A DNA stretch of 64,000 nucleotides from an uncultured Methylomirabilota bacterium (GCA_963845565.1 CAWJSJ010000001.1:672001-736000), one strand, 5' to 3'. Positions 9,800-19,585 are shown, counted from the first letter of the stretch. The notes: generated by a model from the sequence alone, not told the origin. Translations and numbers: made by a program.

Positions 9800-9942
9800 C
9801 AGGCTGCTGAAAGAGGCCCATTTGCGGCGTTGGTTCCCCTCGGCACTCGCTGCGACGTACCTCCAGTACGCCTGGACGTAGCGGACTCGGTACCCCGGCC
9901 TCCGGTGAACCGCCTTGCATCTGGGCCTTTTTGAGCAGCCTG
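9800..9942 (+). mobile_element. MITE-like repeat family C, copy 1
   Basis: CAGGCTGCTGAAA..TTTTTGAGCAGCCTG ends; internal GCTGCGxCGTAC..GTACGCC..CGCCTTGCAT shared with three other copies. Confidence 0.85.
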
Positions 9943-9988
9943 AGAGAGAACGATTATCTCGGTGACTTGCTGAATGAGGATTACGTGA

Positions 9989-11290
9989 ATGACTATTCCG
10001 GTCATCATGCCGCAACTCGGTGAGAGCGTGGCCGAGGGCACGGTCATCGAGTGGTTGAAACAGGAAGGCGACCGCGTTCAGCGGGACGAGGTCATCCTGG
10101 CCATCTCGACGGAAAAAGTGGATGTGGAGGTCCCCGCGCCGGCCAGCGGGGTGCTTTCCCGCATCCTGGTGCGGGCGGGCGAGGTCGTTCCGGTCGGGTC
10201 AACCCTGGCGTTCATCACAGAAGGCTTTGCGTCCGGAACCGGGATCGACTTGGGGTCGGACGCGCCGATCCTCGTTCCGCTTCCACCCGAGCCGCGAGCC
10301 CTGCCCGCTGGGCAGGCGGGCGCGAGCCGCGAGCCGCGCAGTGAACGACGGGAGGAGCGATTCTATTCCCCCGCGGTGCGACGGCTGGCGGACGAGTTGA
10401 AGGTGGCGTTGGCCGAGGTATCCGGAACCGGTGAGGACGGCCGGGTGACAAAAAGGGACGTCGAGGCATTCGCGCAGGCGCGATCGCGCGCCCTCGCGTT
10501 CGCGGAGAAGGGCTCACGGGGGGCGGCGATCGGCGCCAAAGAGGTTCCGAAGGGAGGAGACGAAGAAGAACTCCTCCCCCTGACCCGGATGCGTCAGACG
10601 ATTGCGGAGCACATGGCGCGCAGCCTCCGCGAGGCGCCCACCGTGACCTCGGTGGCCGAGGCTGACTTCACGACTATCGCGAGATTCCGCGACCTGCGGA
10701 AAGCCGCCTTCCGGGAGACGCAGGGGACGGCATTGACGTTCCTGCCATTCATCGTCAAGGCGACGGCTCATCTGCTGCCGGAGTTCCCCACGCTGAACGC
10801 CCGCTGGAGCGAGGAGGGGATTCGCGTCCGAAAGCAGGTGCACCTTGGGATCGCGGTGGCACTCGCGGACGGGCTGGTCGTCCCCGTGCTGCGGAGTCCG
10901 GCGTCTTTGACGGTGTCGGAGATCGCGGTGCGCATCGCGGACATCGCCCGTCGCGCCCAGGAGGGGCGCCTGCTTCCGGAAGAGCTGCGCGGCGGAACCT
11001 TCACGGTAAACAACTTTGGCGCCGACGGAAACCTGATCGGCACGCCCGTGCTCAACCAGCCCGAGGTGGGGATTCTCGGCGTGGGGACGATCGGGAAACG
11101 GGCGGTGGTCGTCGCGCACGAGGGGGAAGACACCATCGCCATCCGGTCGATGGGCTATCTGTGCCTGTCCTACGATCACCGCGCCGTGGACGGCGCAGTG
11201 GCGGGGCGCTTCCTGCAGCGACTGCGCCGCTCTCTGGAATCATTCCGGGCGGGTGAGGGGATCTGGATCGACCCGATCCTGCAGGGATAG
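9989..11290 (+). CDS. Dihydrolipoamide acyltransferase E2
   Basis: Lipoyl domain MPQLGESVAEG..STEKV, E3-binding SPAVRRLA..GTG..GRVTK, catalytic SYDHRAVDG. Confidence 0.93.
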   Translation: MTIPVIMPQLGESVAEGTVIEWLKQEGDRVQRDEVILAISTEKVDVEVPAPASGVLSRILVRAGEVVPVGSTLAFITEGFASGTGIDLGSDAPILVPLPPEPRALPAGQAGASREPRSERREERFYSPAVRRLADELKVALAEVSGTGEDGRVTKRDVEAFAQARSRALAFAEKGSRGAAIGAKEVPKGGDEEELLPLTRMRQTIAEHMARSLREAPTVTSVAEADFTTIARFRDLRKAAFRETQGTALTFLPFIVKATAHLLPEFPTLNARWSEEGIRVRKQVHLGIAVALADGLVVPVLRSPASLTVSEIAVRIADIARRAQEGRLLPEELRGGTFTVNNFGADGNLIGTPVLNQPEVGILGVGTIGKRAVVVAHEGEDTIAIRSMGYLCLSYDHRAVDGAVAGRFLQRLRRSLESFRAGEGIWIDPILQG

Positions 11291-11359
11291 GACGGAGGAG
11301 GGGACGAGTGGGGGAAGGGGCGAGTGGGAGAACGGGTGAGTCGGATACCCTGATCCCCA

Positions 11360-11551
11360 GCTGCGAAGCGCGCCTGGGCGCGGTTGATCACACAGGGCTA
11401 CGATGGCGACCCGCTCGTGTATCCCCGCTGCGCGAGACCCATGTGCATCATCGCATTCATTGAACAGGCTGAGGTGATCGAGAAGCTACTCACCCACCTG
11501 GGATTGTGCGTCGCCCTGAACTGGTCGAAGGGGCCGGCCCCGATCCCATAG
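11360..11551 (+). pseudogene. IS91-family (Y2 rolling-circle) transposase C-terminal remnant
   Basis: Manual translation AAKRAWARLITQGYDGDPLVYPRCARPMCIIAFIEQAEVIEKLLTHLGL matches the WARLI..YEVDPLxCPxC..MRIIAFI..VI.KILTHLGL tail of IS91-like transposases; no start or N-terminal part. Confidence 0.75.
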
Positions 11552-11788
11552 CCCACCGGCGGGGCACCCGTTGCTGGATTCCCTGCAACGGGTCGCGTTC
11601 GCTGCGTGAAGGTAGGTCCTGCTGGTCGGCGCCCCCGGTGGGCACTCTCCTCGGCGCGGGCGCTCGCTCCCCATCACCCCGGCTGCATCCGTAGGCCCTT
11701 GACATCTCTCTCCGGTGCGCCCGATACTCCCGCCCAGCGGCGGGCCACCTCCCGCGGGGTGCAGGTCGGCGGCGTCGGTGGCCTCCCG

Positions 11789-11844
11789 GGCCGGCGAGGG
11801 CGCGCTCGTCGCGCCGGCCCCCAAAAGCAAATTCCTATCACCAT
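11789..11844 (+). mobile_element. IS91-like oriIS end
   Basis: GC hairpin GGCCGGCG..CGCCGGCC followed by AAATTCCTAT (11829-11838), the core of the IS91/IS801/IS1294 oriIS consensus as recalled, about 280 bp downstream of the transposase remnant. Confidence 0.6.
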
Positions 11845-11914
11845 TTGCCTCCCTGACGAAGCAAGACACTCCTTGTTAGAGTATTACCGGGTAACATCCG
11901 AAAAGGAGTGCGTC

Positions 11915-12172
11915 ATGCGCACGACGAAGCCCATCACCGTCTCGCTCCCTCTCGATCTACTGCAGGAGACGCAACGCGTTGCCCTGGAAGAGGCGCGAAC
12001 CAGAACCGATCTGATTCGGGATGCGCTCCGGCAGTACCTTGCCTCCCGGCGGTGGCAGCGCCTGCGCAAGTGGGGTGGGGAGACTGCCGAACGCCTTGGT
12101 TTGAAGACCGAGGCGGATCTCGAGCGACTCCTCGACACAGCGCGCGCGTCGGGCGGGAAGGCAACCCGGTGA
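11915..12172 (+). CDS. Ribbon-helix-helix (CopG-family) antitoxin
   Basis: ITVSLP..L..A.EE.RTRTDLIRDALRQYL; AAGGAG RBS; GTGA overlap with the PIN gene. Confidence 0.85.
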   Translation: MRTTKPITVSLPLDLLQETQRVALEEARTRTDLIRDALRQYLASRRWQRLRKWGGETAERLGLKTEADLERLLDTARASGGKATR

Positions 12173-12584
12173 TTCGGGTTGTCGCCGATACCAATATCTA
12201 CCTCTCGGCCACCGTTTTCGGGGGAACCTGCGAGGCCGTTCTTGCCCTGGCACGCGCTGGAATCGTGGACCTTCAGATCTCCAGAGCTATCCGGCGCGAA
12301 TTGCGCATCGTGCTTGCCGACACCTTTGGGTGGACCGAGTCCCGAGTCCGCGAGGCGCTCGCCGAGATCGACAGTCTGACCACTCTCGTCAGGTCCAATG
12401 TGCGTGCTCTGGGATACTTGTCCATGACGACGATCACCGGCTTCTGGAATGCGCGATTGCCGCTCAAGCCGAGTTCCTGGTGACCGGTGACAAGAAGCGC
12501 TTCCATCCGCTCAAGACCTTCCAGGACATCAGGATTGTCTCGCCCTGGCAATTCCTTGATCTGCTGAAACCGCCCGAATTGTAA
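12169..12584 (+). pseudogene. PIN-domain toxin (VapC-like), frameshifted near 12405
   Basis: N-terminal VVADTNIYLSA in one frame; DDDHRLLECAIAAQAEFLVTGDKK..IVSP..FL in another frame. Confidence 0.8.
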
Positions 12585-12704
12585 GCAGCCTTGTGCTCGC
12601 CTCCGACATAACCTGGGAGATGCGAAGTACGACAAGTCACCATGATTCGAAAAGGCTGGAAAGGGGTGAGGGGGAACGCAGGCAAGTTATGGAATGTGGG
12701 CGTC

Positions 12705-14384
12705 TCACCCCTCGAATCGCACCGGGAGTCCGCCGCCGCGCTCGGGGGGTTCGCCGAGGCGGGCGTACAGGCTGAGGAGTCCCTTGGTCACGCGCGGGGT
12801 GGGGCGGCGCCAAGCGCGACGGCGTGAGTCGAGTTCCTCGGGCGCCACCAGCAGGTCGAGTCGACGATTCGGGATGTCCACCGCGATGGGGTCGCCGTCC
12901 CGCACCAGGGCGATGGGGCCACCGAGGGCTGCCTCGGGAGAGACCTGGCAGATGAAGGGGCCCTTGGCAAAGCCGGAGATCTTTCCGTCGGTCACCAGGG
13001 CGCAGGACGTGCTGAGGCCGAGCGCGTTCAGGTAGCCGACAACTTTGAAGACCTCGGTGAGTCCGGGTCCGCCGCGGGAGCCCTCGTAGCGGAGAACGAC
13101 AACCTCGCCGGCCTGCACGCGTCCCGCTTCCAATCCTGCCAGGCAGTCCTCCATGGAATCGAAGACGCGCGCCGGGCCCCGATGCGCCTGCATCTCTTCC
13201 GGGACCACGGTTGGCCGGACGACGGCGGAGGTTGCGAGAGTTCCGCTGAGAATAGCCAAGCCACCTCGGAATACGGGCTGATCCAGAGGACGGATGACCT
13301 CTTCGCGCCGCACCGCGGCGCCAACGACGTTTTCGCCCACGGTTCGCCCGGTGACGGTCAGGCTGCCGAGATGCAGGCGGCGATCCAGTCGCAACATGAC
13401 TGCCGGAATCCCGCCCGCTTCGTCGAAGTCCTGCATGGTGTACGTCCCGCTCGGTCGGACATTAACGATGCAGTCCACCTCGCGGGAGAGGCCCGCGATG
13501 GTCTCCAGGGTCACGCGGTTGCCTAGGTCCAACTCTTGGGCCAGGGCAAGGATGTGCAGAACGGCGTTGGTGGAGCCGCCGATAGCATGGAGCACCTTGA
13601 TCATGTTCTCCAACGCGTCCGCGGTGACGATACGGCTGGGACGCAAGTCGTTCCGGATCAGTTCGACGATTCGACGTCCCGATTGTTTGGCGAACCAGAG
13701 TCGCTGGGCGGTGGGGGCCGGAGCGGTGGCCGAGCCGGGTAGCGCCAGGCCGACGGCCTCCGTGAGACACTGCATGGTGTTTGCCGTACCCAGCAGGGCG
13801 CAGGACCCGGCGGTGGGGCAGACGGCGTGCTCGAGTTCGTCCATCTCGCTTGCGTTGAGCCGTGGCCGACCGACGCCGCAGGCCCAGGTCTCGGCGTCCA
13901 GGTCCGTGATGATGACGTCCTTCCCCTGGAAGCGACCGGAAAGCATGGGGCCTCCGGGAACGATGATGGCGGGGAGATCGAGCCGCGCCGCCGCCAGGAG
14001 ATGCCCCGGCACGTTCTTGTCGCAGCTGCTGATCAGGACCAGCCCCTCGAAATTATGGATCTGGGCGCAGGTCTCCACCTCCGCGGCGATGACGTCCCGC
14101 GTGGGGGTGTCGTAGCGCATGCCGCCCGACCCGACGTCCACGGGGCACTGGGCGAATCCGCCAAATTCCACCGGGGTACCGCCCGCTTGCCAGATCCCGG
14201 CCTTCACCGCCTCGGTCACCGCCTTGAGGTGGATGTGCCCCGGACTGGTCTCGCTCCAGGTGTTGTGGACGCCGATCCGCGGCCGCCGCAGGTCTTCGGC
14301 GTCGTACCCCATTGCTTTGATCAACGCACGGACGCGGTTCATTCCAGGCCGGTTGAGTTGCTCGACCATCGTCAGGTTGGACAT
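12705..14384 (-). CDS. IlvD/Edd-family dihydroxy-acid (sugar-acid) dehydratase
   Basis: PGHIHL, SCDKNVPG, GSCALLGTANTM, GGSTNAVLH, RYEG..GGPG, TDGKISG. Confidence 0.9.
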   Translation of the reverse strand: MSNLTMVEQLNRPGMNRVRALIKAMGYDAEDLRRPRIGVHNTWSETSPGHIHLKAVTEAVKAGIWQAGGTPVEFGGFAQCPVDVGSGGMRYDTPTRDVIAAEVETCAQIHNFEGLVLISSCDKNVPGHLLAAARLDLPAIIVPGGPMLSGRFQGKDVIITDLDAETWACGVGRPRLNASEMDELEHAVCPTAGSCALLGTANTMQCLTEAVGLALPGSATAPAPTAQRLWFAKQSGRRIVELIRNDLRPSRIVTADALENMIKVLHAIGGSTNAVLHILALAQELDLGNRVTLETIAGLSREVDCIVNVRPSGTYTMQDFDEAGGIPAVMLRLDRRLHLGSLTVTGRTVGENVVGAAVRREEVIRPLDQPVFRGGLAILSGTLATSAVVRPTVVPEEMQAHRGPARVFDSMEDCLAGLEAGRVQAGEVVVLRYEGSRGGPGLTEVFKVVGYLNALGLSTSCALVTDGKISGFAKGPFICQVSPEAALGGPIALVRDGDPIAVDIPNRRLDLLVAPEELDSRRRAWRRPTPRVTKGLLSLYARLGEPPERGGGLPVRFEG

Positions 14385-14481
14385 GGGGCCTCCGGGGGTT
14401 ACCAGGTCATGGTTCAAGGTTATCGGTTGGAGGCAAAGATCGTCGCCCCTCGAACCGCAGCACCGCAGCACCGAGAACCGA

Positions 14482-15339
14482 TCAACCCTTTAAACCGCTC
14501 ATGACCACGGCCTGGACGACCCAGCGCTGCAGCGTGAGGAAGATGAGCAGGATAGGCAGGATACTGATCACCGCGGCGGCGGTCAGGAGGTTGTACTCGA
14601 TGAAGTAGATGTTGGTGAAGCTCATCAACCCGATCGTCACCACCCGCATGCTGGGGCTGTTGATGACCACTAGGGGCCAGAAGAACTCGTTCCAGTTCCA
14701 CATAAACTTGATGATGAGCAGAGTGGCCATAGCCGGTTTTACCGATGGGAGAACCACCTTGAAGAAGATCCCCAACTCGCTGCAGCCGTCGATGCGCGCC
14801 GCGTCCATGTAGTCGTTGGGAATCATCTCGATCGCTTGGCGCATCAGGAACACGCCGAAAACGCTGACAAGGTCCGGCGCCACGATTCCCAGATAGGTGT
14901 CCAGGAGCCCAAAACGATTCACCCAGAGATAGAGCGGGACCACGACCGACTGGAAGGGCACCATCAGGATGCCGACGATGGCGAGGAAGAACACATCCCG
15001 GCCGGGGAAGTGGAACTTCGCGAAGCCGTACCCTGCCAGAGACGAAACCACCAGGCTGCTCACCGCGGCGATTGAGGCGACCAGCGCGGTGTTGAAAAGG
15101 TAACGCAGGAATGACTCGCGCTGAAAGACCTCTCGGTAGTTGTTCAGGTTGAACCAACTGTCCGGTGCAATCTGGAGGGGAACACGGGTAATCTCTGGGG
15201 GAGTCTTGAGCGAGGTGACCGCCATCCAAAAGAAGGGGAAGAACACGGTGATGGCGCCGCAGGCCACTAACAGGGCGGCCACCCAGCGCCAGCGACCTAT
15301 GCGCGACGATCCACTCTGTGAGAAGGACGCCACCGTCAT
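14482..15339 (-). CDS. Carbohydrate ABC transporter permease (MalG-like)
   Basis: Hydrophobic; EAA-type loop DAARIDGC; WNEFFWPL; C-terminal SGLKG. Confidence 0.92.
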   Translation of the reverse strand: MTVASFSQSGSSRIGRWRWVAALLVACGAITVFFPFFWMAVTSLKTPPEITRVPLQIAPDSWFNLNNYREVFQRESFLRYLFNTALVASIAAVSSLVVSSLAGYGFAKFHFPGRDVFFLAIVGILMVPFQSVVVPLYLWVNRFGLLDTYLGIVAPDLVSVFGVFLMRQAIEMIPNDYMDAARIDGCSELGIFFKVVLPSVKPAMATLLIIKFMWNWNEFFWPLVVINSPSMRVVTIGLMSFTNIYFIEYNLLTAAAVISILPILLIFLTLQRWVVQAVVMSGLKG

Positions 15340-15439
15340 TTGCCGTCTCGATCCATCAGTAAGCTCATCTGCCGCTTTCTGCCAGCTGCCCGCTGCCAGC
15401 TGATTCTCATGCTCGGCAGCGCCGTCGCGCTGCCGGTCT

Positions 15440-16366
15440 TCAGTACTCGACGGGTTTCCGGAAGATTCGCCACTGCACTAACGTCACCACGAGCAAGGTG
15501 ATGAAGACGAACACCGCGATGACCGATGCGTCGCCGAATCGGAAGTACTTGAAGGCGGTATCGTACAGCAACATGATCACCGTCTGGCTGGCGCTGGCCG
15601 GCCCCCCTTGGGTGGTTGCGTACACCTGGTCGAAGATCTTGAAATTGAAGATCATCTCGAGGATACAGATCATGAGGATCTGCGGGTTGAGCAGGGGCAG
15701 CGTGATGTGCCGCAGCCGCTGCCAGGCGCTGGCTCCATCGATGCCCGCCGCCTCGTAGTATTCGGCGGGGAGGGATTGCAGCGCGGCCAAGAAAATCATG
15801 GTGTCGAAACCAATGCGGACCCAGATATTCACGGCGGCGATCGAGGGGCGCACCTGCGCGAGGCTCTGCAGCCATTTCTGTGGCGGGATGCCGACGAGGC
15901 CCAAGGCAGAGTTTAGGATGCCGTAGACGGGATGATAGATCCATTGCCAAATCAGCGACGCTGCCACGAGCGAGCAGGCAAAGGGCAGGAAGTACATGGC
16001 CGCCCAGACGTTCCGCCATTTGAGGCTGACGATCCGATTCAGGCCGAGGGCCACGGCCAGCGAGCATACGACCACGGTAGGAACCGACATGAACAGCAGT
16101 TGTACGGTGTTGTATACCGCGGTCCAGAAGGTGGAGTCGGTAAATACCTTCTCGTACAGTCGGAGACCGACGTACCGGCTGGCGCCACCAGGGACGGTCC
16201 GGTAGAACGAGTAGGCGACGGACTGGGCGAGCGGGAGCAGGAAGACGGATCCGAAGAAAAGCAGGGCGGGCAGCACAAACAAAAAGCCCGCCCGCCTTTG
16301 GCGATCCATATAGCTCTTCGGCAAGACGATGCGAAGCCAGTGGCGCATGTAGAGGGGCCTTGGCAA
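15440..16366 (-). CDS. Carbohydrate ABC transporter permease (MalF-like); start uncertain (16366 or 16348)
   Basis: YEAAGIDGASAWQ..ITLPLL, FKIFDQVY..TQGGP. Confidence 0.9.
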   Translation of the reverse strand: MPRPLYMRHWLRIVLPKSYMDRQRRAGFLFVLPALLFFGSVFLLPLAQSVAYSFYRTVPGGASRYVGLRLYEKVFTDSTFWTAVYNTVQLLFMSVPTVVVCSLAVALGLNRIVSLKWRNVWAAMYFLPFACSLVAASLIWQWIYHPVYGILNSALGLVGIPPQKWLQSLAQVRPSIAAVNIWVRIGFDTMIFLAALQSLPAEYYEAAGIDGASAWQRLRHITLPLLNPQILMICILEMIFNFKIFDQVYATTQGGPASASQTVIMLLYDTAFKYFRFGDASVIAVFVFITLLVVTLVQWRIFRKPVEY

Positions 16367-16426
16367 TTAGTCGATTCGGCGAAGAGGCAAGTGGGTACTT
16401 CGACGATTAGGCAATTCGGGCGGACC

Positions 16427-16465
16427 GGCAATCCGGCAACCGGTATGCCCGGTTGCCGGATTGCC
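16427..16465. repeat. Perfect 17-bp inverted repeat built from GGCAAxCC octamers
   Basis: GGCAATCCGGCAACCGG-TATGC-CCGGTTGCCGGATTGCC. Confidence 0.8.
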
Positions 16466-16506
16466 AAGTCGCCGCCCTCGGAGGTTTCCGACGATCAGTT
16501 GTCGCC

Positions 16507-16631
16507 CAGGCCGCTCAAAAAGGTCCAGATGCAAGGCGGCGCGCGTCGGGCCGAGTGAGGCGTACTCCAGGTACGCCGCAGCGAGTGCCCAAGCATGCCA
16601 ACGCCGCAGATGGGCCTTTTTCAGCGGCGTG
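16507..16631 (-). mobile_element. MITE-like repeat family C, copy 2
   Basis: Homologous to 9800-9942 in reverse orientation; abuts the TAG stop of the SBP gene. Confidence 0.85.
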
Positions 16632-17903
16632 CTAGTCTTTCAGGACGCGATCCATCTTGCCGGCCGCGTCATCCAGCAGAGCCTTCGGCTGTCCCTTGCC
16701 GTACAGGACGCCGACCACGGCCTCGCCGAAGGCGGTGGCCAGCTCGTTGGATTTCGGGTGGAAGTAGTTCGGCGGCACCGGTTGCGCCAGCATGTCCTTC
16801 ATCGCCTGATAGTCGGGACGAGACTTCACGTACTGGGTCTCCTGGTTGACCGTCCACACCGGGAGAATGCCCTGCAGTTGGTGCTGGTCGAGGTCGTCCT
16901 TCGCGTTGCTGATGAAGCGGAAGAACTCCCAGGCGACCTGCTTGTTCGGGCTGTTCTTGTAGACCATGTTCGTCCACGGGAAGAGCTGGCCGGCACCGGG
17001 ACACACCTTGCCGCAGGGCAGGGCAGCCACCTTGAAGTTGATGTCCGGGGCATTCTTCTTGACCCAGCCAAAGAACCAGGATTCGCGGAACATGGAGGCG
17101 GCCCGCTTCTGTGCAAAGGAGTCCTCTGGAGTGCCGAGAGTCAGGCTGGACACCTTGTCCTTGAGGACGAGGTTTCCGAAGAAGGTGAGCGCCTCGACCA
17201 TGGCCGGGCTGTTGGCGTACCCTGTCGCCTTGTCCAAATCCGCGTTCAGCATGCGCGCGCCAAAGGCATGCGCGAACGGCAGGAACTTGTCCGTAATCCC
17301 CACGGGGTGGCCGGCGTGCCGGAGGCCAAAGCCTACCTGCGTTGCGTCTCCCTTGGCGTCGAGGACCGACACCTTCTTCATGGCTGCGTGCCACGCGTCG
17401 AACGTCTTGGGGGGCTGATCCGGGTTGAGGCCGGCCTTCTTGAAGAGATCCGCGTTCAGGTACATCATCTGGAAGTTGCCATGCTCGATGGGCATGCCGT
17501 AACGGACGTTCTTCCAGAGGCCCATAGCCAGCATGTACTTTGGCAGATTCTCGTTCCAGATCTTGGTCAAATCGTCGGGCATCTTGTCGCAGAAATCATA
17601 CTGCCCGCACCAGTGATGGGTCATTCCCATGAACATGTCCGGGGCGCCGGACTTTCCCATGAACGCTGCCAGGTACTTGGCCTCGTACCCTTGATAGGGA
17701 ACGGTGACCACCTCCACCTCGAAGCCGGACTTCGCAGCGAACTCCTTTCCCTTCGTCGCGTACCATTTATTGAATTCAGGGTTCTGATCCCAGTGGGTCC
17801 ACATCACGATCTTCTTTTGCTGAGCGAGGCCCTGGCCGGGCAGCGTCGCCATCACGACGACTGCCACCACCAGCGCCAACATCCACCACTGTCCGCGTCG
17901 CAT
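16632..17903 (-). CDS. Carbohydrate ABC transporter substrate-binding protein
   Basis: Signal peptide, APDMF, YGMP, YLNADLFKKAGL..PPKT; GAAGGAGG RBS. Confidence 0.9.
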   Translation of the reverse strand: MRRGQWWMLALVVAVVVMATLPGQGLAQQKKIVMWTHWDQNPEFNKWYATKGKEFAAKSGFEVEVVTVPYQGYEAKYLAAFMGKSGAPDMFMGMTHHWCGQYDFCDKMPDDLTKIWNENLPKYMLAMGLWKNVRYGMPIEHGNFQMMYLNADLFKKAGLNPDQPPKTFDAWHAAMKKVSVLDAKGDATQVGFGLRHAGHPVGITDKFLPFAHAFGARMLNADLDKATGYANSPAMVEALTFFGNLVLKDKVSSLTLGTPEDSFAQKRAASMFRESWFFGWVKKNAPDINFKVAALPCGKVCPGAGQLFPWTNMVYKNSPNKQVAWEFFRFISNAKDDLDQHQLQGILPVWTVNQETQYVKSRPDYQAMKDMLAQPVPPNYFHPKSNELATAFGEAVVGVLYGKGQPKALLDDAAGKMDRVLKD

Positions 17904-18410
17904 GGTCTCCTCCTTCATGTCCTGCATGCCCACCAGGGGTTGTAGTCAATCGGCGCCAGTGCCGATGGAGAAAGCGTCGCGAGTGTCACTCGGAGACCGT
18001 TGGTTTGTCAACGGAAAACCGAGCGATGCGCGGGATCGGATGCGTACGGCGGATCGCAAGGAGGCCCCGTAAGTCGCTGCGTCAGTTCCGAAAGCAAGGA
18101 AAGGCGTACCAAGTGGTACAGCGCGGAGCGCCGGGCCAGGCAAAGCGCTTGCTGGCGAGGGACACTTCCTGTATCCTCCCGCCCTGCTGCGCCCCGCGTG
18201 CGGCGCGCAGCAGGGCACGAACTCCTTGTCAAGTGCGCGCTCACGGAATAAGATCGCGAAACTCGGGTCGGCGTCGCTGCGAAGCTGGCGCGAACGCACG
18301 GGAACACAACGCCAAGCGGGGAATGTGGAGTCCGCCCCGTACCGGCGAAGAACTGTTGGGGATGGACTCTGGGTGCGGTCGGGATCGATGAGTCGTTGAA
18401 GGAGGAGCAC

Positions 18411-19535
18411 ATGAAGAGCAGGATCGTTTGGACGTTGGCAGCCGCGTGCGTATTGGTTGTCGCTTGCACCTCTCTGGGGTGGACTGGAGAGCCGATCTCC
18501 GTCGGGCTCAGCGCGCCGTTGACGGGGAACTACAGTGAGTACGGTACCAACTGGAAGAAGGCGATGGACATCGCCGTCGAGAAGATCAATGCCAAGGGCG
18601 GCATCAAGGGGCGCCCGCTCCAGATCGTGGCGGAGGACAGCAAGAGCGATCCCAAGGATTCCGCCCAGATCGCGCAGAAGTTCACTTCCGATCCGAAGAT
18701 CGTCGCGACTCTCGGGGATTTTACCAGCACCGCCTGCATGGCCGCTCAGCCGATCTACGATCGCGCCGGTCTGGTACAGCTCTCGCCGACGGCGTCGCAC
18801 CCCGAGTTCGCCCCCAAGAGCCAGTGGAGCTTCGGGATCATCGGGACCCAGGCGGAAGAAGGCGCCTTCATGGCGGACTACACGGTCAAGCGGGACGGCA
18901 AGAAGAAGGTCGCCGTGCTCTACATCAACAACGACTGGGGGATCGCCGCGCAGCAGCACTACATCAAGCGCGCCAAGGAGGATGGGGCGGAGATCGTGGC
19001 TGTCGAGAACTACTTCGACCGGGATAAGGACTTCACCGGGGTCCTGACCAAGCTGCGCGGCTCGAAGCCGGATGCGCTTTACATCGCGACCATGTACAAC
19101 GACGGGGCGCTGATGAGCAAGCAGCGGGAGAAGCTGGGTTGGGCCGACGTTGCCGTGTTCGGCCCCGGCTCCCTGTACTCGCCGAAGCTACTGGAGCTGG
19201 GTGGCAGCTCGGTGGAGGGGCTGCGCACCAGCTCCATCTTCATGATCACCGATCCTCGCCCCGAGGTGCAGGAGTTCATCAAGGCCTTCAAGGCGCGGAA
19301 CAACGGGGTGGATCCGAACATGTTCGCCGCCATCGCGTACGATGCGATCACCATCATGGCTAACACCATCGAGAAGGCGGGGACGGATCGCAAGGCGATC
19401 CGCGATGAGTTGGCAAAGATGCAGAACTTCGTCGGCATGACCGGGAAGTTCGGATTCACGGAGCGCCGCGACGTCAAGCGCGACTATCATTATCTGGTCG
19501 TCAAGAACGGCGCCTGGGCTCTCCTCGACAGATAG
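18411..19535 (+). CDS. Branched-chain amino acid-type ABC substrate-binding protein (LivK family)
   Basis: Signal peptide, PLTG, INAKGGIKGR, SPTAS, NNDWG, YDA, GMTGKFGF. Confidence 0.9.
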   Translation: MKSRIVWTLAAACVLVVACTSLGWTGEPISVGLSAPLTGNYSEYGTNWKKAMDIAVEKINAKGGIKGRPLQIVAEDSKSDPKDSAQIAQKFTSDPKIVATLGDFTSTACMAAQPIYDRAGLVQLSPTASHPEFAPKSQWSFGIIGTQAEEGAFMADYTVKRDGKKKVAVLYINNDWGIAAQQHYIKRAKEDGAEIVAVENYFDRDKDFTGVLTKLRGSKPDALYIATMYNDGALMSKQREKLGWADVAVFGPGSLYSPKLLELGGSSVEGLRTSSIFMITDPRPEVQEFIKAFKARNNGVDPNMFAAIAYDAITIMANTIEKAGTDRKAIRDELAKMQNFVGMTGKFGFTERRDVKRDYHYLVVKNGAWALLDR

Positions 19536-19556
19536 GGACCGGAGTTCGGTGGTCGG

Positions 19557-19585
19557 CACGGCGGGAGGGGGTTCCTCCCGCCGTG
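19557..19585. other. Stable intergenic hairpin after the SBP gene (mRNA stabiliser or partial terminator)
   Basis: CACGGCGGGAGG-GGGTT-CCTCCCGCCGTG, perfect 12-bp stem, no U-tract. Confidence 0.6.

Noticed and set aside
18138..18153. Sigma54 promoter AGGCAAAGCGCTTGCT upstream of the LivK-like gene
   Set aside because: GG-N10-GC spacing fits but the -24 element is weak and no enhancer-binding protein is nearby; too uncertain to call
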